A stretch of 64,000 bases of DNA, taken from positions 194,682,001 to 194,746,000 of the forward strand of contig NC_058368.1 of NCBI RefSeq assembly GCF_018350175.1, in the 5' to 3' direction. Positions 1 to 13,420 of the stretch are shown here, piece after piece. How positions within the stretch are numbered: the first letter of the stretch is position 1; every line of letters starts with the position of its first letter. The notes beneath the pieces were generated by a model. The model searched no databases. It worked only from the letters and a program-made list of their open reading frames with translations, and was not told where the DNA came from. Source of the stretch: Felis catus (Eukaryota). The translations under genes were made by a program, and so were the position numbers.

Positions 1-1187
1 CACAGCATCCCCCTAAAACTGAACTGGAACCTGGAGCCCAGTCTCAACCCTGGTTTGCTACCAACACACTGTGCGAGCATCGACAAGTATTTGACCTTCT
101 TGTGCTTTCTTATTTCAAACTCCAAGGCACTAGAAAAATGAGGTCTGTTTCCATTTATTCTTAATAAGTGGAAATAAGCCTATGACTAGGATTTAGTTAC
201 TTGCTGCCTGCAAAGACTGACATTTTCTGACTTATCTGGGTTCTTGCTCTCCTGCTACCCTGTTGGGTGCTAGTGTGTAAAGTTCCACTATTAGTTCTTT
301 ATTCCTTAAGATAAAAGCGCAGTGGCCTGAGAATGGTACTATGTGCTTGGTATAACCCCTGGAGTCCAGGAGTAGGTGCAGGGATTGTCCAGGTTGCTCA
401 CAAGTTGTTTCAGGTTGTTTATAGTCTAGCAGATGAGACAGAAAAATGAATAACAGTGACCCAGGATATTGTGCTGTGTCTTGAGTTCTTTGCTGGGAAG
501 CAGCGGTAGGCAAAACTATGGGCTATGGAGACAGGGAGAGCTGGCTTTAAGGCTTCTCTTTATGCTCAGCTTTTTCATCTACAAAATGGAAGAATAACAA
601 GATGTATGGGGTGACTGTGTGCCTCACTGAGGCACTGTACGTAAAGTGTAGAGAACCCTGCATAGTATAATGATTAGGGTTTCTCACAACTGTTACTGTG
701 GTATTAAGAAACTGGACAAATTGAACATCTTTCTTGAACCAAAGAAGAAAGGAAGAAACAAACCCTCAGAGAGGGTAAATAAGTTGTTCAAGGTCAAATA
801 GCTGGTAGAATTCAAAATATTATACAGAGCAGTGTAGCACTTGAATGGGAGATTTGGCTAAATGTTTTAATATCACGAAATTCTGTATGTCTCTGACCTT
901 GTAGAGTACGCTGTACCCTTCATTTTCCCTTGAGATCCCCTTTCTATCACCATCTCTAACTAGAAGTTGGCAAGAACTATAAATCCCTACTCTCCTGTGC
1001 CATGGTAGAAGGGTTCTTCGATGAGATTGATCTCTCCATCCTTCTTTAGGGTAACACATTGTTCCCACAGGAAAGATGGCTGCCCAGAAATGATGCTGTA
1101 TTTGGCAACATCTTCACTCATGTATTATCTTCTGTTCCTCACTGGAGACACCTCTGGCACTCTCTGCAATTCCACTTATGTGACAGT

Positions 1188-1239
1188 TTCTTCTTCTTCT
1201 TCTTCTTCTTCTTCTTCTTCTTCTTCTTCTTCTTCTTCT
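1188..1239 (+). repeat. (TTC)n microsatellite
   Basis: About 17 perfect TTC units. Confidence 0.97.
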
Positions 1240-1304
1240 TTTTTGCACCCTCGCAAAGTGGTTATATAATTAACAATGCCTGATGTCAATATATGACTCT
1301 ATAT

Positions 1305-1517
1305 CAGTGGTTCTCAAACCAGGGTTGATTTCCTCCCCAGGGGACATTTGACAACATCTGGGAACATTTTTAGTTATCACGACTGGGGAGGAGAGATTGC
1401 TGGCATCCAGTAAGTAGGGCTAAGGATGCTGCTCAATATCCCACAACACACAGGACAGCCTCTGACAAAGAATTATCTGGCCCAAAATGACAATAATGCC
1501 AAGGTTGAAAAACCCTG
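1305..1517 (+). mobile_element. MER20-like hAT-Charlie DNA transposon, full length
   Basis: Starts CAGTGGTTCTCAA and ends GGTTGAAAAACCCTG (TIRs); body matches recalled MER20 consensus; degenerate 8-bp TSD ctctatat/ctgtatac. Confidence 0.9.
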
Positions 1518-1978
1518 CTGTATACTGGTAAAAGCACCTACACATCTGTTTTACACATTGGATTCTTATAGCACCCTTGGGATAAAACCAGGCCAATATC
1601 CACATTCACCTCCAAATATTTCCTTATAATGAGGTGGATGTAGACAGACACACCCATTGTTAAGTTGAGAAAACTGAGACCCAAGGAAATAAAGCGAATG
1701 GCCCAAGGCCACAAAATAAAGTGGTGGCAAAGTCAAGATTTGGCTTTTTTTTTTTTTTTTTTTACTTCCAATGCTGCCTCACTTTTGGCCATTCTTAAGA
1801 AATGTGATAAACATTTCTCTCCTCTAGCAGGTAAGAGTGGCACGAGTCAGAAAACCTTAAAGTGGAAAGCAAATACATTTTCTTAAGCGATCATAAAATA
1901 TTAGCTTGGGAAAGATCTTTCGATCATTTTACAGATGGGGAAAAAATAGTGGCCAATGTCATGAAGTAAATGCATTTG

Positions 1979-2194
1979 GGGGCACCTGGGTGGTTCAGTT
2001 CGTTAAGTATCCTATTGTTGACTTTGGCTCAGGTCACGATCTCACAGTTCGTGGGTTCGGGCCCTGCACTGAGCTCTGCGCTGACGGCACAGGGCCTGTT
2101 TAGGATTCTCTCTTTCCCTCCCTCTCTTCCCCTCCCCTGCTCACTAGCTCTCTCTACAAAATAAATAAATAAACATTTGAAACACAAAAAACCA
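1979..2194 (+). mobile_element. CAN-SINE (SINEC_Fc family)
   Basis: GGGCACCTGGGTGG head, CT-rich tract, A tail; TSD aagtaaatgcatttg/aagtagatgcatttg. Confidence 0.93.
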
Positions 2195-2619
2195 AAGTAG
2201 ATGCATTTGTAGAACGGAGTATGCCAGACTATTTCCCTTCTATTCACCCATAAAGTGGCGTATTGGCCATTGCGCTAGAGAAAATACTTGAAACCTCAAT
2301 GGTCTGCAGGTGCAATTACATGGAAAAGCTCCAGAGGGAGCTACAGAGAAGCAAGCTCAGGCATCAGATGAAGGCAGATAGGCTAGCCAACTGAGGCTAC
2401 AGAGGGTTGGAGGAACAGAGGGTCCAAGAGAGAGAAAGTAGGTTAGGTGGAAATGAGGGCTTCTTCTAAGGAGAGGTGAGGACTAAAAGAAGTGGAGAAA
2501 AGAGAAAGAGAAATTATACATTTTTTTTAAGTTCAGGGATTCCCCTGTACATTGAGTCTCTCAAGAAATCAGGGGGAAAAGTTTATATTTTATAGAAACT
2601 AAACTTAAACCATACTTTA

Positions 2620-2640
2620 CTTATTTTTTATTATTTATTT

Positions 2641-2696
<56 letters not shown>

Positions 2697-2846
2697 AGCA
2701 GGGAGGGGCAGAGAGAGAGGGAGAGAGAAAATCCATTCTGTCAGCACAGAGCCCAATGCAAGGTTCGATTCTACAAACCGCGAGATCATGACCTGAGCTG
2801 AAATCAAGAGTCAGACACTTAACCAACTGAGCCATCTACGCACCCC
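2620..2846 (-). mobile_element. CAN-SINE with expanded (GA)n
   Basis: Reverse SINE; perfect 18-bp TSD aacttaaaccatacttta. Confidence 0.93.
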
Positions 2847-2976
2847 AACTTAAACCATACTTTAAAAATATCCTTATTTTTAAATAAGATGTAGATGACA
2901 TATAGATAACATGTGATAACTATATATAGATAACTATATAGATCACATGTGGTTAGTTTTAAAATGAGCATTATAG

Positions 2977-4663
2977 CTCATGGATTGGAAAAATAAATAT
3001 TGTTAAAATGTCCATACTACCCAAAGCAATCTACACATTCAATGCAATCCCAATCAAAATTGCACCAGCATTCTTCTCAAAGCTAGAACAAACAATCCTA
3101 AAATTTGTATGGAACCACAAAAGACCCTGAACAGCCAAAGTAATATTGAAGAAGAAAACCAAAACAGGAGGCATCACAATCCCAGACTTTAGCCTCTACT
3201 ACAAAGCTGTACTCATCAAGACAGTATGGTATTGACACAAAAAAAGACACATAGAATAGAATAGAGAACTCAGAATTGGACTTACAAGTGTATGGCCAAC
3301 TAAACTCTGACACAGCTGGAAAGAGTATCCAATGAAAAAAAGACCATCTTTTTAGCAAATGGTGCTGGGAGAACTGGACAGTAACATGCAGGAGAATGAA
3401 ACTAGACCACTTTCTTACACCATTCACAAAAATAAACTCAAAATGGAGGAAAGATCTAAATGTGAGACAGGAAACCATAAAAACCCTAGAGGATAAAGCA
3501 GGCAACAACCTATTTGACCTCAGCCACAGCAATTTCTTGCCTGACACATCTCCAAAGGCAAGGGAATTAAAAGCAAAAATGAACTATTGGGGCCTCATCA
3601 AGATAAAAAGCTTCTGCACTACAAAGGAAACAATCAACAAAATTAAAAGGCAACCGATGGGATGGGAAAAGATATTTGCAAATGATGTATCAGATAGAGG
3701 GTTAGTATCCAAAATCTATAAAGAACTTACCAAACTCAACATCCAAAAAAAAAATAATCCAGTGAAGAAATGGGCAGAAGACATGAATAGACACTTTTCC
3801 AAAGACAACATCCAGATGGCCAACAGACACATGAAAAGATGCTTGACATCACTCATCATCAGGGGAATACAAATCAAAGCCACAATGAGATACCACCTCA
3901 CACTGGTCAGAGTGGCTAAAATCAACAACTCAGGAAACAACAGATGTTGGCGAGGATGTGGAGAAACGGAAACCCTCTTGCACTGTTGGTGGGAATGCAA
4001 ACTGGTAGTGCGCCCTGGAAAACACTGTAGAGGTTCCTCAAAATATTAAAAATACCCTACCCTATGACCCAGCAATAGCACTACTAGGAATATATCCAAG
4101 GGATACAGTAGCACTGATGCATAGGGGCACGATGTACCCCAATGTTTATAGCAGCACTACCAACAATGGCCAAATTATGAAAAGAGCCTAAATGTCCATC
4201 AACTGATGAATGGATAAAGAAGATGTGGTTTATATATACAATGGAATACTACTTGGCAATGAGAAAGAATGAAATCATGTCATTTGCAGCAATATCGATG
4301 GAACTGGAAGGTATTATGCTACGTGAAATAAGTTAGTCAGAGAAGAACAGATATCATATGTTTTCACTCATATGTGGATCTTGAGAAACCTAACAGAAGA
4401 CCATGGGGGAAGGGAAGGAGGAAAAATAGTTACAGAGAGGGAGGGAGGCAAACCATAAGAGACACTTAAATACAGAGAACAAACTGAGGGTGGATGGGGA
4501 TGGGGATCAGGGAGAGGAGAAAATAGGTGATGGGCATTGAGGAGGGCACCTGTTGGGATGAGAACCGGGTGTTGTATGTAAGCAATAAAACACGGGAATC
4601 TATCCCCAAAACCAAGAGCATACTTTACACACTGTATGTTAGCCAATTTGACAATAAATGAGA

Positions 4664-4691
<28 letters not shown>
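2977..4691 (+). mobile_element. 5'-truncated carnivore LINE-1 (ORF2 C-terminal part, 3'UTR, (TAAA)n tail), inactive
   Basis: ORF 3396-4049 reads like L1 ORF2p C-terminus ([17 protein letters not shown]..., [11 protein letters not shown]); disrupted frame; 17-bp TSD taaaatgagcattatag at 2960-2976 and 4692-4708. Confidence 0.96.
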
Positions 4692-4694
<3 letters not shown>

Positions 4695-5277
4695 AATGAG
4701 CATTATAGAAAAATGTAATGTAGAGCATGAGATTTTTCCTAATTTTCCACCTTCTGAGATAAACACTACTAGCAGCTTAATCCATATTCTAAGTCTGTAT
4801 TTTCATCTATATTCTATATTATAAACTATTAAGTGCTTTATGTAAAAATGGTATACACAAAATGTACGGTGTCTTGATTTTTCTGTTGGAATATATAATG
4901 AACATATTGTCGCATAGAGATATTTCATTTTTCTTCCTGTCTACTTAGCCTTGTCTTATGGGGATATATAATTCATTATTTATAAATATGTATTTTTGTT
5001 CTTACATGAATACTTCCATGTAATAATACCTACAAGTGGCATTGTATGGAACTCCATGGGATCATGCAGTAGATTATATACATTTTAAATCTGATAGTCA
5101 AATTGCCCTCAAAACTTCAATCAATGCTAACTTCTCCCACATGGACATTTTAAATTAGAAGCCACCTTCTCCTTGAAGCAATCCCTGATTTCTGCAGCTA
5201 GAAAGAAGCTCTCTCCCTCAAAACATTTCTACTTCTCAATATCCTCTCTTCTTTCTCCTCAGTGGTAGCTCCATATA

Positions 5278-5486
5278 TTTTTTTTAAGTTTATTTATTTA
5301 TTTGGAGAGAGACAGAGACAACATGAGTGGAGAAGGGGCACAGAAAGAAAGAGAGAGAATCCCAAGCAGGCTCTGTGATGGAAATGCAGAGCCCAATGTA
5401 GGGCTCAAACACACAAAACCGTGAGATCATGACCTGAGCCGAAACCAAGAATCTGATGCTTAACCACTGAGCCACCCAGGCACCCC
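5278..5486 (-). mobile_element. CAN-SINE
   Basis: Reverse head ...GCCACCCAGGCACCCC; TSD agctccatat/agctccacat. Confidence 0.92.
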
Positions 5487-7044
5487 ACAGCTCCACATTT
5501 GAGTTAACTTCTATTATTCTCCTGGTGTCAGCACCTGGAACAGGAAGGTTGGGGGAGAAGAAAAAGAGTGTGAAATGAGGAACCTAGCATTTCATTAGCT
5601 GATTCCAGCTCCTTCCTTTTATCTGTTGATCTCACCTGAACAGGTTCGGCCAAACATGCATCTTGGATGGTTGTGCCAACCATTGAAAAATGAATTAAGA
5701 AGGACAGTTAATTACAAAACCAAACCACCCATTGAAATGAGTAACTCAGACCTTCCGGAGATGTTCCACTGCTCCAAATGTCCTAAATAAAAAAAATCAT
5801 GGGCCTTCCAGGGATGGCCTTTTGCACCTTGTCCTGCAAATCAAAGCAAAATGTCAATATTCTCTCTTAAGGTGAAAGCTCTGAACTGAAACCCCAGTAA
5901 AGAATCAGGCCTGGAATAAGAGGTCATCTGTCTCCAGGGGCTTACCCTGGATAGAAGGGCCCTAGGCCAAACTTCCTGAAAACCTGTTCCCTGAAACCCA
6001 AGCCCATGATGTGCTTTGGGGAATAAAAGTCTGGTTCAAATAAGTTGGCAAATATCACATACTTTATTCCCTTGTTAGGTATTCACAAGCAAGAGTCTCT
6101 GAAAAGGCTTTATGAACCCCCTGCTGTTAAGAAATCTGTTTAACATATTAACATTCCATATTACTCACTTTGGGAAACATGGCCATGGCTAAGTTTTGCC
6201 TCCATCCTCCCTGCCCTACCTTCTCAAGATTCTGCACAAGAAATGGGTACTGTTTGAAAATCATATAAAGCCATTTCATGGGATGTAAAGCATGATACTG
6301 ATAATCAGGGCTGTTACGGCAGGTATATCAATAACAAAAATGTTAAGTCAATACTCAAGAACTATTTATTTAGTGCTTACTAGGTTAGGGGTCCAGCAAT
6401 AGGAACCTAACAGCAAGCAACAAGGTCTCTTTTCTCTGGTCTAACTCTTGAAATAGTCTAACCTTCACACCTATCCCCACTCCTACCCCCACCAAAACAT
6501 CCTCCGTGGCTCAAGATGCTGGGAAGGAGCTCTTTGCTGAGGAAAGAATAGCACTACTAATCATCCTAAAGGACAAAAATGTCACCAGTAAGAGGGGTCT
6601 CCTGTGCTGAGTTAGGATTCAAGAGAAAATCCAGTGAAATATAACACTAGCTCTATTGACATTTCAATGTAAACAAGATGCAGAAGCTGTGAGGACTTTG
6701 CCAAATTCTTCTTATCTATGGAATTATGTGAACATGCAAAGCTTGAAAGCCTCATTATTTGTTTCATTGTTGAAACCACCATCCCTATATGGGATGTTTA
6801 TGAAATTTGTCCTGGGATCCTAACCAATGTATGGAGGTTGAATCTATCGTGTCCACCTCTGGAAGTTGGAGTATAAAACTAAGAGTTGAGACAAACTCTT
6901 AATGGGTTGTGTACAAAAAAGACTGAGTTCTCATATTATCAACGGGACTGTAACTCTCATGTATTATTAGTATAAACTCTTCATAGAGCAATTTGCCAAT
7001 ATCTATCAAATGTTAAATGCTCACACCGTCTGACCCAGCAGTTC

Positions 7045-8160
7045 ATTCATTAACTCATTCAACAAATATTTATTGAATACTACTGGAGGTGCTGGAGATA
7101 CAGCAGTGAAGAAAACAAAGTTTCATCCCTCATGGTACTTACATTCTATTGGTAGAAAGACATATAACAAGTACATATAATGTTTTAGGGGATGATAAAT
7201 GGCATGCTGAAAAATAAATCTGGTTAAAGGGAAGGGAGAATACCAAGGTGGGATGATGTTACTTATGGAAGGCCATTCTGATCAAGTGAAAACTAAGCAG
7301 ATGCCTGAAGGGAATGAGGGAGTGAGCTATGTAGATACCTGAGAAAAGAATGTTCTAGGCATGAGGACAGCCTGTGCTCTGAGGTCAGAGTGCACGTGGC
7401 ATTTTAAGGAGCAGAAATTAGGCCAGTGTGGCTAGAGCAAAGTGAGATAAGTCGGAGAGGTGGCAGGACCCAAACCATGCAGTTACAAATCAGATTATAT
7501 AGTTTCTCCAGGTCAGAGTAAGGACTTTGATTTTAATCTATAGGAGATGGGAAGTCAGTGGGAACCTCTGAACTGAAGAGTATATAATGTAATGTTTTAA
7601 ACAACCACTAAGACTTCTTTTTTTTTCCACTGTGACTTCTTATGTGCAGAATAAGTTGTAGGGGAGTAATACAGAAGGAGAGAGGCCAGTTAGAAGGCCA
7701 CTGTAATAATCCAGGGAAGACAGGCAGGTGGTCTGGACCAAAGTAGTAAGCCAAGGAGTACCAAGAATTGATCATAGTTTGAACAGAATTTGCTGATCAG
7801 ATTTGCTGACAGTTTGGATGTCAGAGAAAGAGAGACAGCAAGGATGAATACAAGGTTTGTGGCCTGAATGATCAGAATGTTGGAATGCCATTTACTAAAA
7901 TAAGGAAAGTGTCAAAGTAACAGGTTTTAAGAGATAGATATAGGCAAGTTAGTAGTTCGGTTTTAGACTTCTTAACTTTGTGAAGCATTTTAGACATCCA
8001 GATGGAGATAATTAAGTGGGCAAATGAATACACAAATCTGGATTCACAACAGACATCAGGCTGGAAACATATATTTTGGAGTTGTCCTTGTAATGGTATT
8101 TAAAACCACAATACCAAGCAAGATCTTGGGAGTAGGTCTTGATATAATGGAAAAGAGGGT
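7045..8160 (-). mobile_element. LINE-2 3' fragment (~1.1 kb)
   Basis: ATTCATT...CATTCAACAAATATTTATTGAA terminus followed by typical purine-rich antisense L2 body. Confidence 0.85.
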
Positions 8161-8209
8161 CATATTTTAAGAATTTATTCTACCTATACATTCACAAATA
8201 TGTAAAAAG

Positions 8210-8258
8210 ATGTATATATATACATATGTATGTGTATATATATACATATATATATATG

Positions 8259-8298
<40 letters not shown>
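8210..8298 (+). repeat. (TA)n/(CA)n compound microsatellite
   Basis: Visible directly. Confidence 0.95.
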
Positions 8299-8299
<1 letters not shown>

Positions 8300-8466
8300 T
8301 CACAGGAACATTATTAACCAAATGATTGATAGCAATAAAAATCCACTGATAACTAAGTGTAGAAGTAACTATAGCACAATCTTACAGTGGAATATTATTC
8401 AGTAATCTGTTAACAGAATGAAGCTACATGCTGCTAAGATAATTCTTAAAGGTTAAAAACTGAATA

Positions 8467-8673
8467 GGGCATCTGTGTGGCTCAGTCAGTTATGTATCTG
8501 ACTTTGGCTCAGGTCATGATTTCATGGTTCCTTAGTTTGAGTCCCACATTGGGTGAGCTCATGCCCTGCTTTGAGTGAGCTCACTCAAGCCCCACTTTGG
8601 GCTCTTCTCTCCCCCCTATCTCTTCCTCCCCCTTCCTCCCTCCTTCTCTCTCTCTCTCTCTGCCCCTCTTAGG

Positions 8674-8717
<44 letters not shown>

Positions 8718-8768
8718 ATCGCTTACTTGAGCCCTCTCTCGAAAGAAAGAAAGAAAGAAAGAAAGAGA
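8467..8768 (+). mobile_element. CAN-SINE variant with internal GGTGAGCTC repeats and (GAAA)n tail
   Basis: TSD aaaactgaata on both sides; interrupts L1. Confidence 0.88.
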
Positions 8769-9138
8769 AAAACTGAATATTTCCCCCCTAAGATCAGAAA
8801 CAAGGCATGGATGTCTACTCTCATCATTCTTATTCAACACAGTACTGGAATTACTAGCTACTGCCATAAGGCAAGAAAAAGAAATAAAAGCCATACAGTA
8901 AGAAAAGAAGAAAGGAAACTATCCCTATTTCCAGATGACCTGATTATCTAACGTAGAAAATCCCAGGGAATTTATTAAAAATAAATTCTAGAATTTTTTA
9001 AGCACTAGTGAGTTCATTAAGTTTGCAGAATATAAGATCAAAATGCGCATGCGCGCGTGCGCACACACACACCACAACATATTTCTCTTATGCTAACAGT
9101 GAACCTGTGGAAATTGAAATTAAAAACACAATACGATT

Positions 9139-9353
9139 GGGACACCTGGGTGGCTCAGTCAGTTAAGTGCCAGACTTTGGCTCAGATCATGATCTCATGG
9201 TTCATAGTTTCGAGCCCCACGTCAGGATCTGTGCTGACAGCTCAGAGCCTGGAGCATGCTTCAGTTTCTGTGTCTCCCCCTCTCTCTCTCTACCCTTCCC
9301 CTGCTTGTGCTGTCTCTCTCTCTCAAAAATAAACAAACATTAAAAAATATTTT
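9139..9353 (+). mobile_element. CAN-SINE
   Basis: TSD aaaacacaatacgatt/aaaacacaataccatt. Confidence 0.92.
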
Positions 9354-9371
9354 AAAACACAATACCATTAT

Positions 9372-9500
9372 ATTAATCACTTCACTATATATATATATTA
9401 AACCATCATGTTGTACATATTTTAAAAATCATCTTGTATAACCTAAATATATACAATTTAAATTTTCAATCATCCCCAATAAAACCGGGGGGGGGGGCAG
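9372..9500 (+). mobile_element. Short L1MA-like 3' end fragment nested in L1MC
   Basis: ATCATGTTGTACA...AAATATATACAATTT...CAATAAAA motif. Confidence 0.55.
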
Positions 9501-9545
9501 AAAGCCAAAATATCATTTACAACCACTTCAAAAAAAATAAAACAT

Positions 9546-9757
9546 GGGTGCCTGGGTGGCTCAGTTGGTTGAGCGGCTGACTTCGGCTTGGGTCATGATC
9601 TCGCGGTCCATGAGTTCGAGCCCCGCGTCGGGCTGTGTGCTGACAGCTCAGAGCCTGGAGCCTGTTTCAGATTCTGTGTCTCCCTCTGTCTGACCCTCCC
9701 CTGTTCATGCTCTGTCTCTCCCTGTCTCAAAATAAACGTTATAAATAAATAAATAAA
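9546..9757 (+). mobile_element. CAN-SINE
   Basis: Head, B-box GAGTTCGAGCCC, CT tract, (TAAA)n tail; TSD aataaaaca. Confidence 0.92.
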
Positions 9758-9917
9758 TAATAAAACACTTAGATAAAAACATGTACAGAATATCTATCGG
9801 CTGAAAATTACACTATGCTGATGAGATAAATCAATGAATGGAGAGCACAGAAAATACTAAACACAGTAAAGATATCACTTCTACCTAAATTAATCTGCAG
9901 GTATAATGTAATTATAG

Positions 9918-10351
9918 CTGTAAATGTATTATGTATTTTCTCTTCCTTATGATTTTTTTTAAGTTTATTGATCCTGAAAGAGAGAGAGTGCACAGGGGAG
10001 GGGCAGAGAGAAAGAGGGAAAGAGAGAAACCCAAGCATGCTCCGTGCTATTAGCACAGAGCTCAACACAGAGCACAATCTCATGAACCATGAGATCATGA
10101 CCTGAGCCAGAATCAAAAGTAGGACACTTAACTGACTGAGCCACCTGGGAAGCCCTTCCTTATGATTTTCTTAATAACATTTTATTTTCTCTACTTACTT
10201 TATTGTAAGAATGAAGTATATAATACATATAATATATAAAATGTATGTTAATCAACTGTGTTGTAAGGGTTCTGGCCAATAATAGGCTATTAGTAGCTAA
10301 TTGGGGGAGTCAAAGTAATAGACAGATTTTTACATGTTCAAGGATCAATTG
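9918..10351 (+). mobile_element. Tigger2-like (TcMar) fragment with right TIR, interrupted by a SINE
   Basis: CTTACTTTATTGTAAGAAT...AGGCTATTAGTAG... body; ends ATGTTCAAGGATCAATTG followed by TA. Confidence 0.78.
9957..10154 (-). mobile_element. CAN-SINE inside Tigger2 fragment
   Basis: TSD cttccttatgatttt. Confidence 0.9.
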
Positions 10352-13174
10352 TACTATCAAAACCCCAACAAAGATTCTGTGTATATAGACAAGCTTATTC
10401 TGAAATTAATGTGGAACGGTACAATCCCTAGAATACCTAAATACTATTGACAAAGAAGAATAAAGTGGAAAGAATCAGTCTGCTTGATTTCATGCCTCAT
10501 TATATATTACAATCATTGAGGCAATGAGATATTGGTAGATGGATAGACACAAAGATCAATGGCACAGAAGGCACATAATTAGACCCCACACAAATATGTG
10601 CAATTGATTTTTAATAAAGGTGCAAAAGCAATTTGCTGGAAGGCGGATAGCATCTTCAAGTGATGTTGGAGTAATTGGATACCAATAGGCAAAAAAAAAA
10701 AAAAAAGAGCCTCAACCTAAACCTCACATCTTATACAACAATTAACTTGAAATAGGCCTTGGGCTTCAATGTAGAATGTAAAACTTAAAAGTTTTAGAAA
10801 AAACATAGGAGACAATTTTTGAGATCTAGGGCTAGACAAAGAGTTCTGGCCTCCAAAAGCACAATTCATAAAAAGAAAGAGTGATCAATTGTATCTCATC
10901 AAAATTAAAAAGTCTCATTCTGTAGACGTCCATGGGAAGAAAATGAAAAGACAAGCTACAGTCTGCAAGAAAATATTTCTAAGCCGCAGAGTCAACAAAG
11001 GACTGGTATCTAAAATGTATTTTTAAACTCGCAAAACTCAACAATAAAAAATAAAACAATCCAATTAGAAAATGGGCAATGAACAGACATTTCAACAAAG
11101 AGGATATGCATATGACAGAGGCACATGAAGAGATGTTCAACATCACTAGCCATCAGGGAAATGCAAATTAAAATCATAATGAGATATCATTACACACCAA
11201 ACAGAATGGCTAAAATAAATAATGGTGATATCACCAGACACTGGCATGGATCCAGAGACACTGGATCATTTATACATTGCTGATAGAAATGTAAAATGGT
11301 ACAGCCACTGTGGAAAAGTATGGCAGTTTCTTATAAAACCAAACATGCAATTACCATACAAACCAGAAATCACACACTTGGGCATTTATCACAGAAAATT
11401 GAAAACTTATGCTCACAGGAAAATCTGTATATAAATATTCATAGAAGCTTTATTCATAATAATAAAAAACTGGAAACAGCCCAGATGTCCTTCAACAGAT
11501 AAACAGTGAAAAAAAAACTGGTGCATATCCACACAGCCAATAACAATGTTCAGGATGAAAAAGCCAATCCCAAAAGGTAACATACTGTATGATTCCACTT
11601 ACATAACGTTTTTTAAAATGACAAATATTTAGAAGTGAAGAAAAGATTAGTGAATGACAAGAGCTAGGGGCAGAGAAGTGGGAGGGAGGGAAGTGTGATT
11701 ATAATGGACCCTGTGGTGGTAGAAATATTCAGTGTCTTGACTGTGGTAGGGCACACATGAAACTATACATAATGAAATTGACTAGAACTGAATACCTACA
11801 CTCTCTCTCAGACACAAATGAACGCATGTAAAATAGGAAATCTGAATAAGATTAGTAGACTGAATCAATGCCGATATCCTGAATGTGATATTAGCCTAAA
11901 AGTTTTGCAAAATGCTACCATTAATGGAAAGTGGATAAAGAGTACATGTGATTTTCTCTAAACTATTTCTTACAACTATATGCAAATCTATAATGATCTC
12001 TGTAACACTTTCAATTAAAAAAAGTGATTGTTTAAATAAACCATAAAATATTTTTTAAAAAGGAAGAAAGAGACTGCTCTTTTACACTGATAAGGAAGAT
12101 ATCAGATATTTATCTGATTTCATTTATCCATGACATTATAAATAACAACACAAGGTACATAAGAGAGACCTACCATTATAAGGAAAAGGTGGATATATAG
12201 ACCAGCCATGGATAGGACAATCAAGGAACTAGCAATAGCAGTTGTCTCTGGGGGAGGGAACCAGGAAACGGAGATGGGAGGGAAAACCCACTTTTCATTT
12301 CACCTTTTGAATTTTGAGCCATATGCATGTATTGCCCATGCTCCCAAAGAAATAAATTAATTTAATTTAAAATAAAAGTAAGTTGTTCTAGAATGAAAAT
12401 GGGTATGCCTGAACAATAAAATAATAACACAGAGAACAATCAACCAACACATATTTTTTTAACTGTCCCCCAAGAGAGATGCACAGATAGGAGCTATGAG
12501 TCAGAATGATGTGCAAAAGGTATTACCAATATCAAGTCAGGGGGAAAATAATTTACAAATAGGGAGAAATAGATAATATTATATGGTAACTGTTCTAAGT
12601 GCCAACAGAGTGGCCCAAGCAGGGAGGACTATGGAAAGTTAGTGACAGTGGAGATTTTGGAGAGGTGGGGCAGAAGGAAGTTCTCCTACAACAGGTGGTA
12701 CAACTTTGACCTTGAAGTTCAGAAAGAATTTGAACAGGTAAAGAGGGAACCAATTTGAAGATATGCAGGTGAATTAATAACAGAGGTGATCTCTTATATT
12801 TTCATAATGCTCTAGAGATAACCAAGCATTTTCAAATTATTAGAAGACTAACAAAAGCCCTCTGAAATGGGTATTAATATTTTGCTCATGTGCAAACTGA
12901 AGACTGGAAAAATTAAATGGAGTTCCCAAGGTCCCAAGTCTCATAAGCTAAAGGGAATAGAATAGAACCAGGGGCCCTGACTGCTAAGGATTCACTCATT
13001 CCACTCTTTATGGGACAACAAATATTCAGATGGCCAATATATTAAAGATGTATAGGCTGTATGTGCAATCCAGACAAAAAGGGCACTACCACCAGAGAGA
13101 AAAATTTATACCCAGAAAATAGATGATTGTCAAAATTGTGTCTGTTTTTAAATGTATCAATAAGAAGGAAGGAT

Positions 13175-13420
13175 GAAAAATAAGTTCTGTTGAACCCTCA
13201 CCATGTGCCAGCCATTATGCTGAGTGTTTTTCATAAGCCTGTTTATTTTATCCTCACCATAACCTTGTAATTTAAATATATTTAATCCTGATTTTGCAGA
13301 CAAGGAACTTGGGAACCATGGAAATACACAACATGACTCAAGTCACAAAGCTATTATGGGACAGAGTTAGAATGTAAATCCAGCCTGGTCTTCCTCTACA
13401 TCCAATGCTCTTTCCACATC
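13175..13420 (-). mobile_element. MIR SINE relic (one of many MIRs in the window, most not listed)
   Basis: ATGTGCCAG...ATTTTGCAGACAAGGAACT...AGTCACA MIR core. Confidence 0.7.

Larger units (their letters stand above)
8451..12023 (+). mobile_element. L1MC-like LINE-1 (degenerate ORF2 plus 3'UTR) carrying nested insertions
   Basis: ORF2-like ...TTCCCCCTAAGATCAGAAACAAGG...; 3' end TATTTCTTACAACTATATGCAAATCTATAATGATCTC resembles recalled L1MC termini. Confidence 0.82.
6945..12375 (+). mobile_element. Ancient L1 (L1ME-like) 3' fragment, split into about 6945-7044, 8161-8450 and 12024-12375 by later insertions
   Basis: L1-like TGACCCAGCAGTTC at 7031-7044 resumes as CATATTTTAAGAATTTATTC at 8161; A-rich 3' end near 12350-12377. 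Confidence 0.6.

Noticed and set aside
3396..4049. 217-aa ORF as a host gene
   Set aside because: It is an L1 ORF2p C-terminal remnant in a truncated, frame-disrupted element
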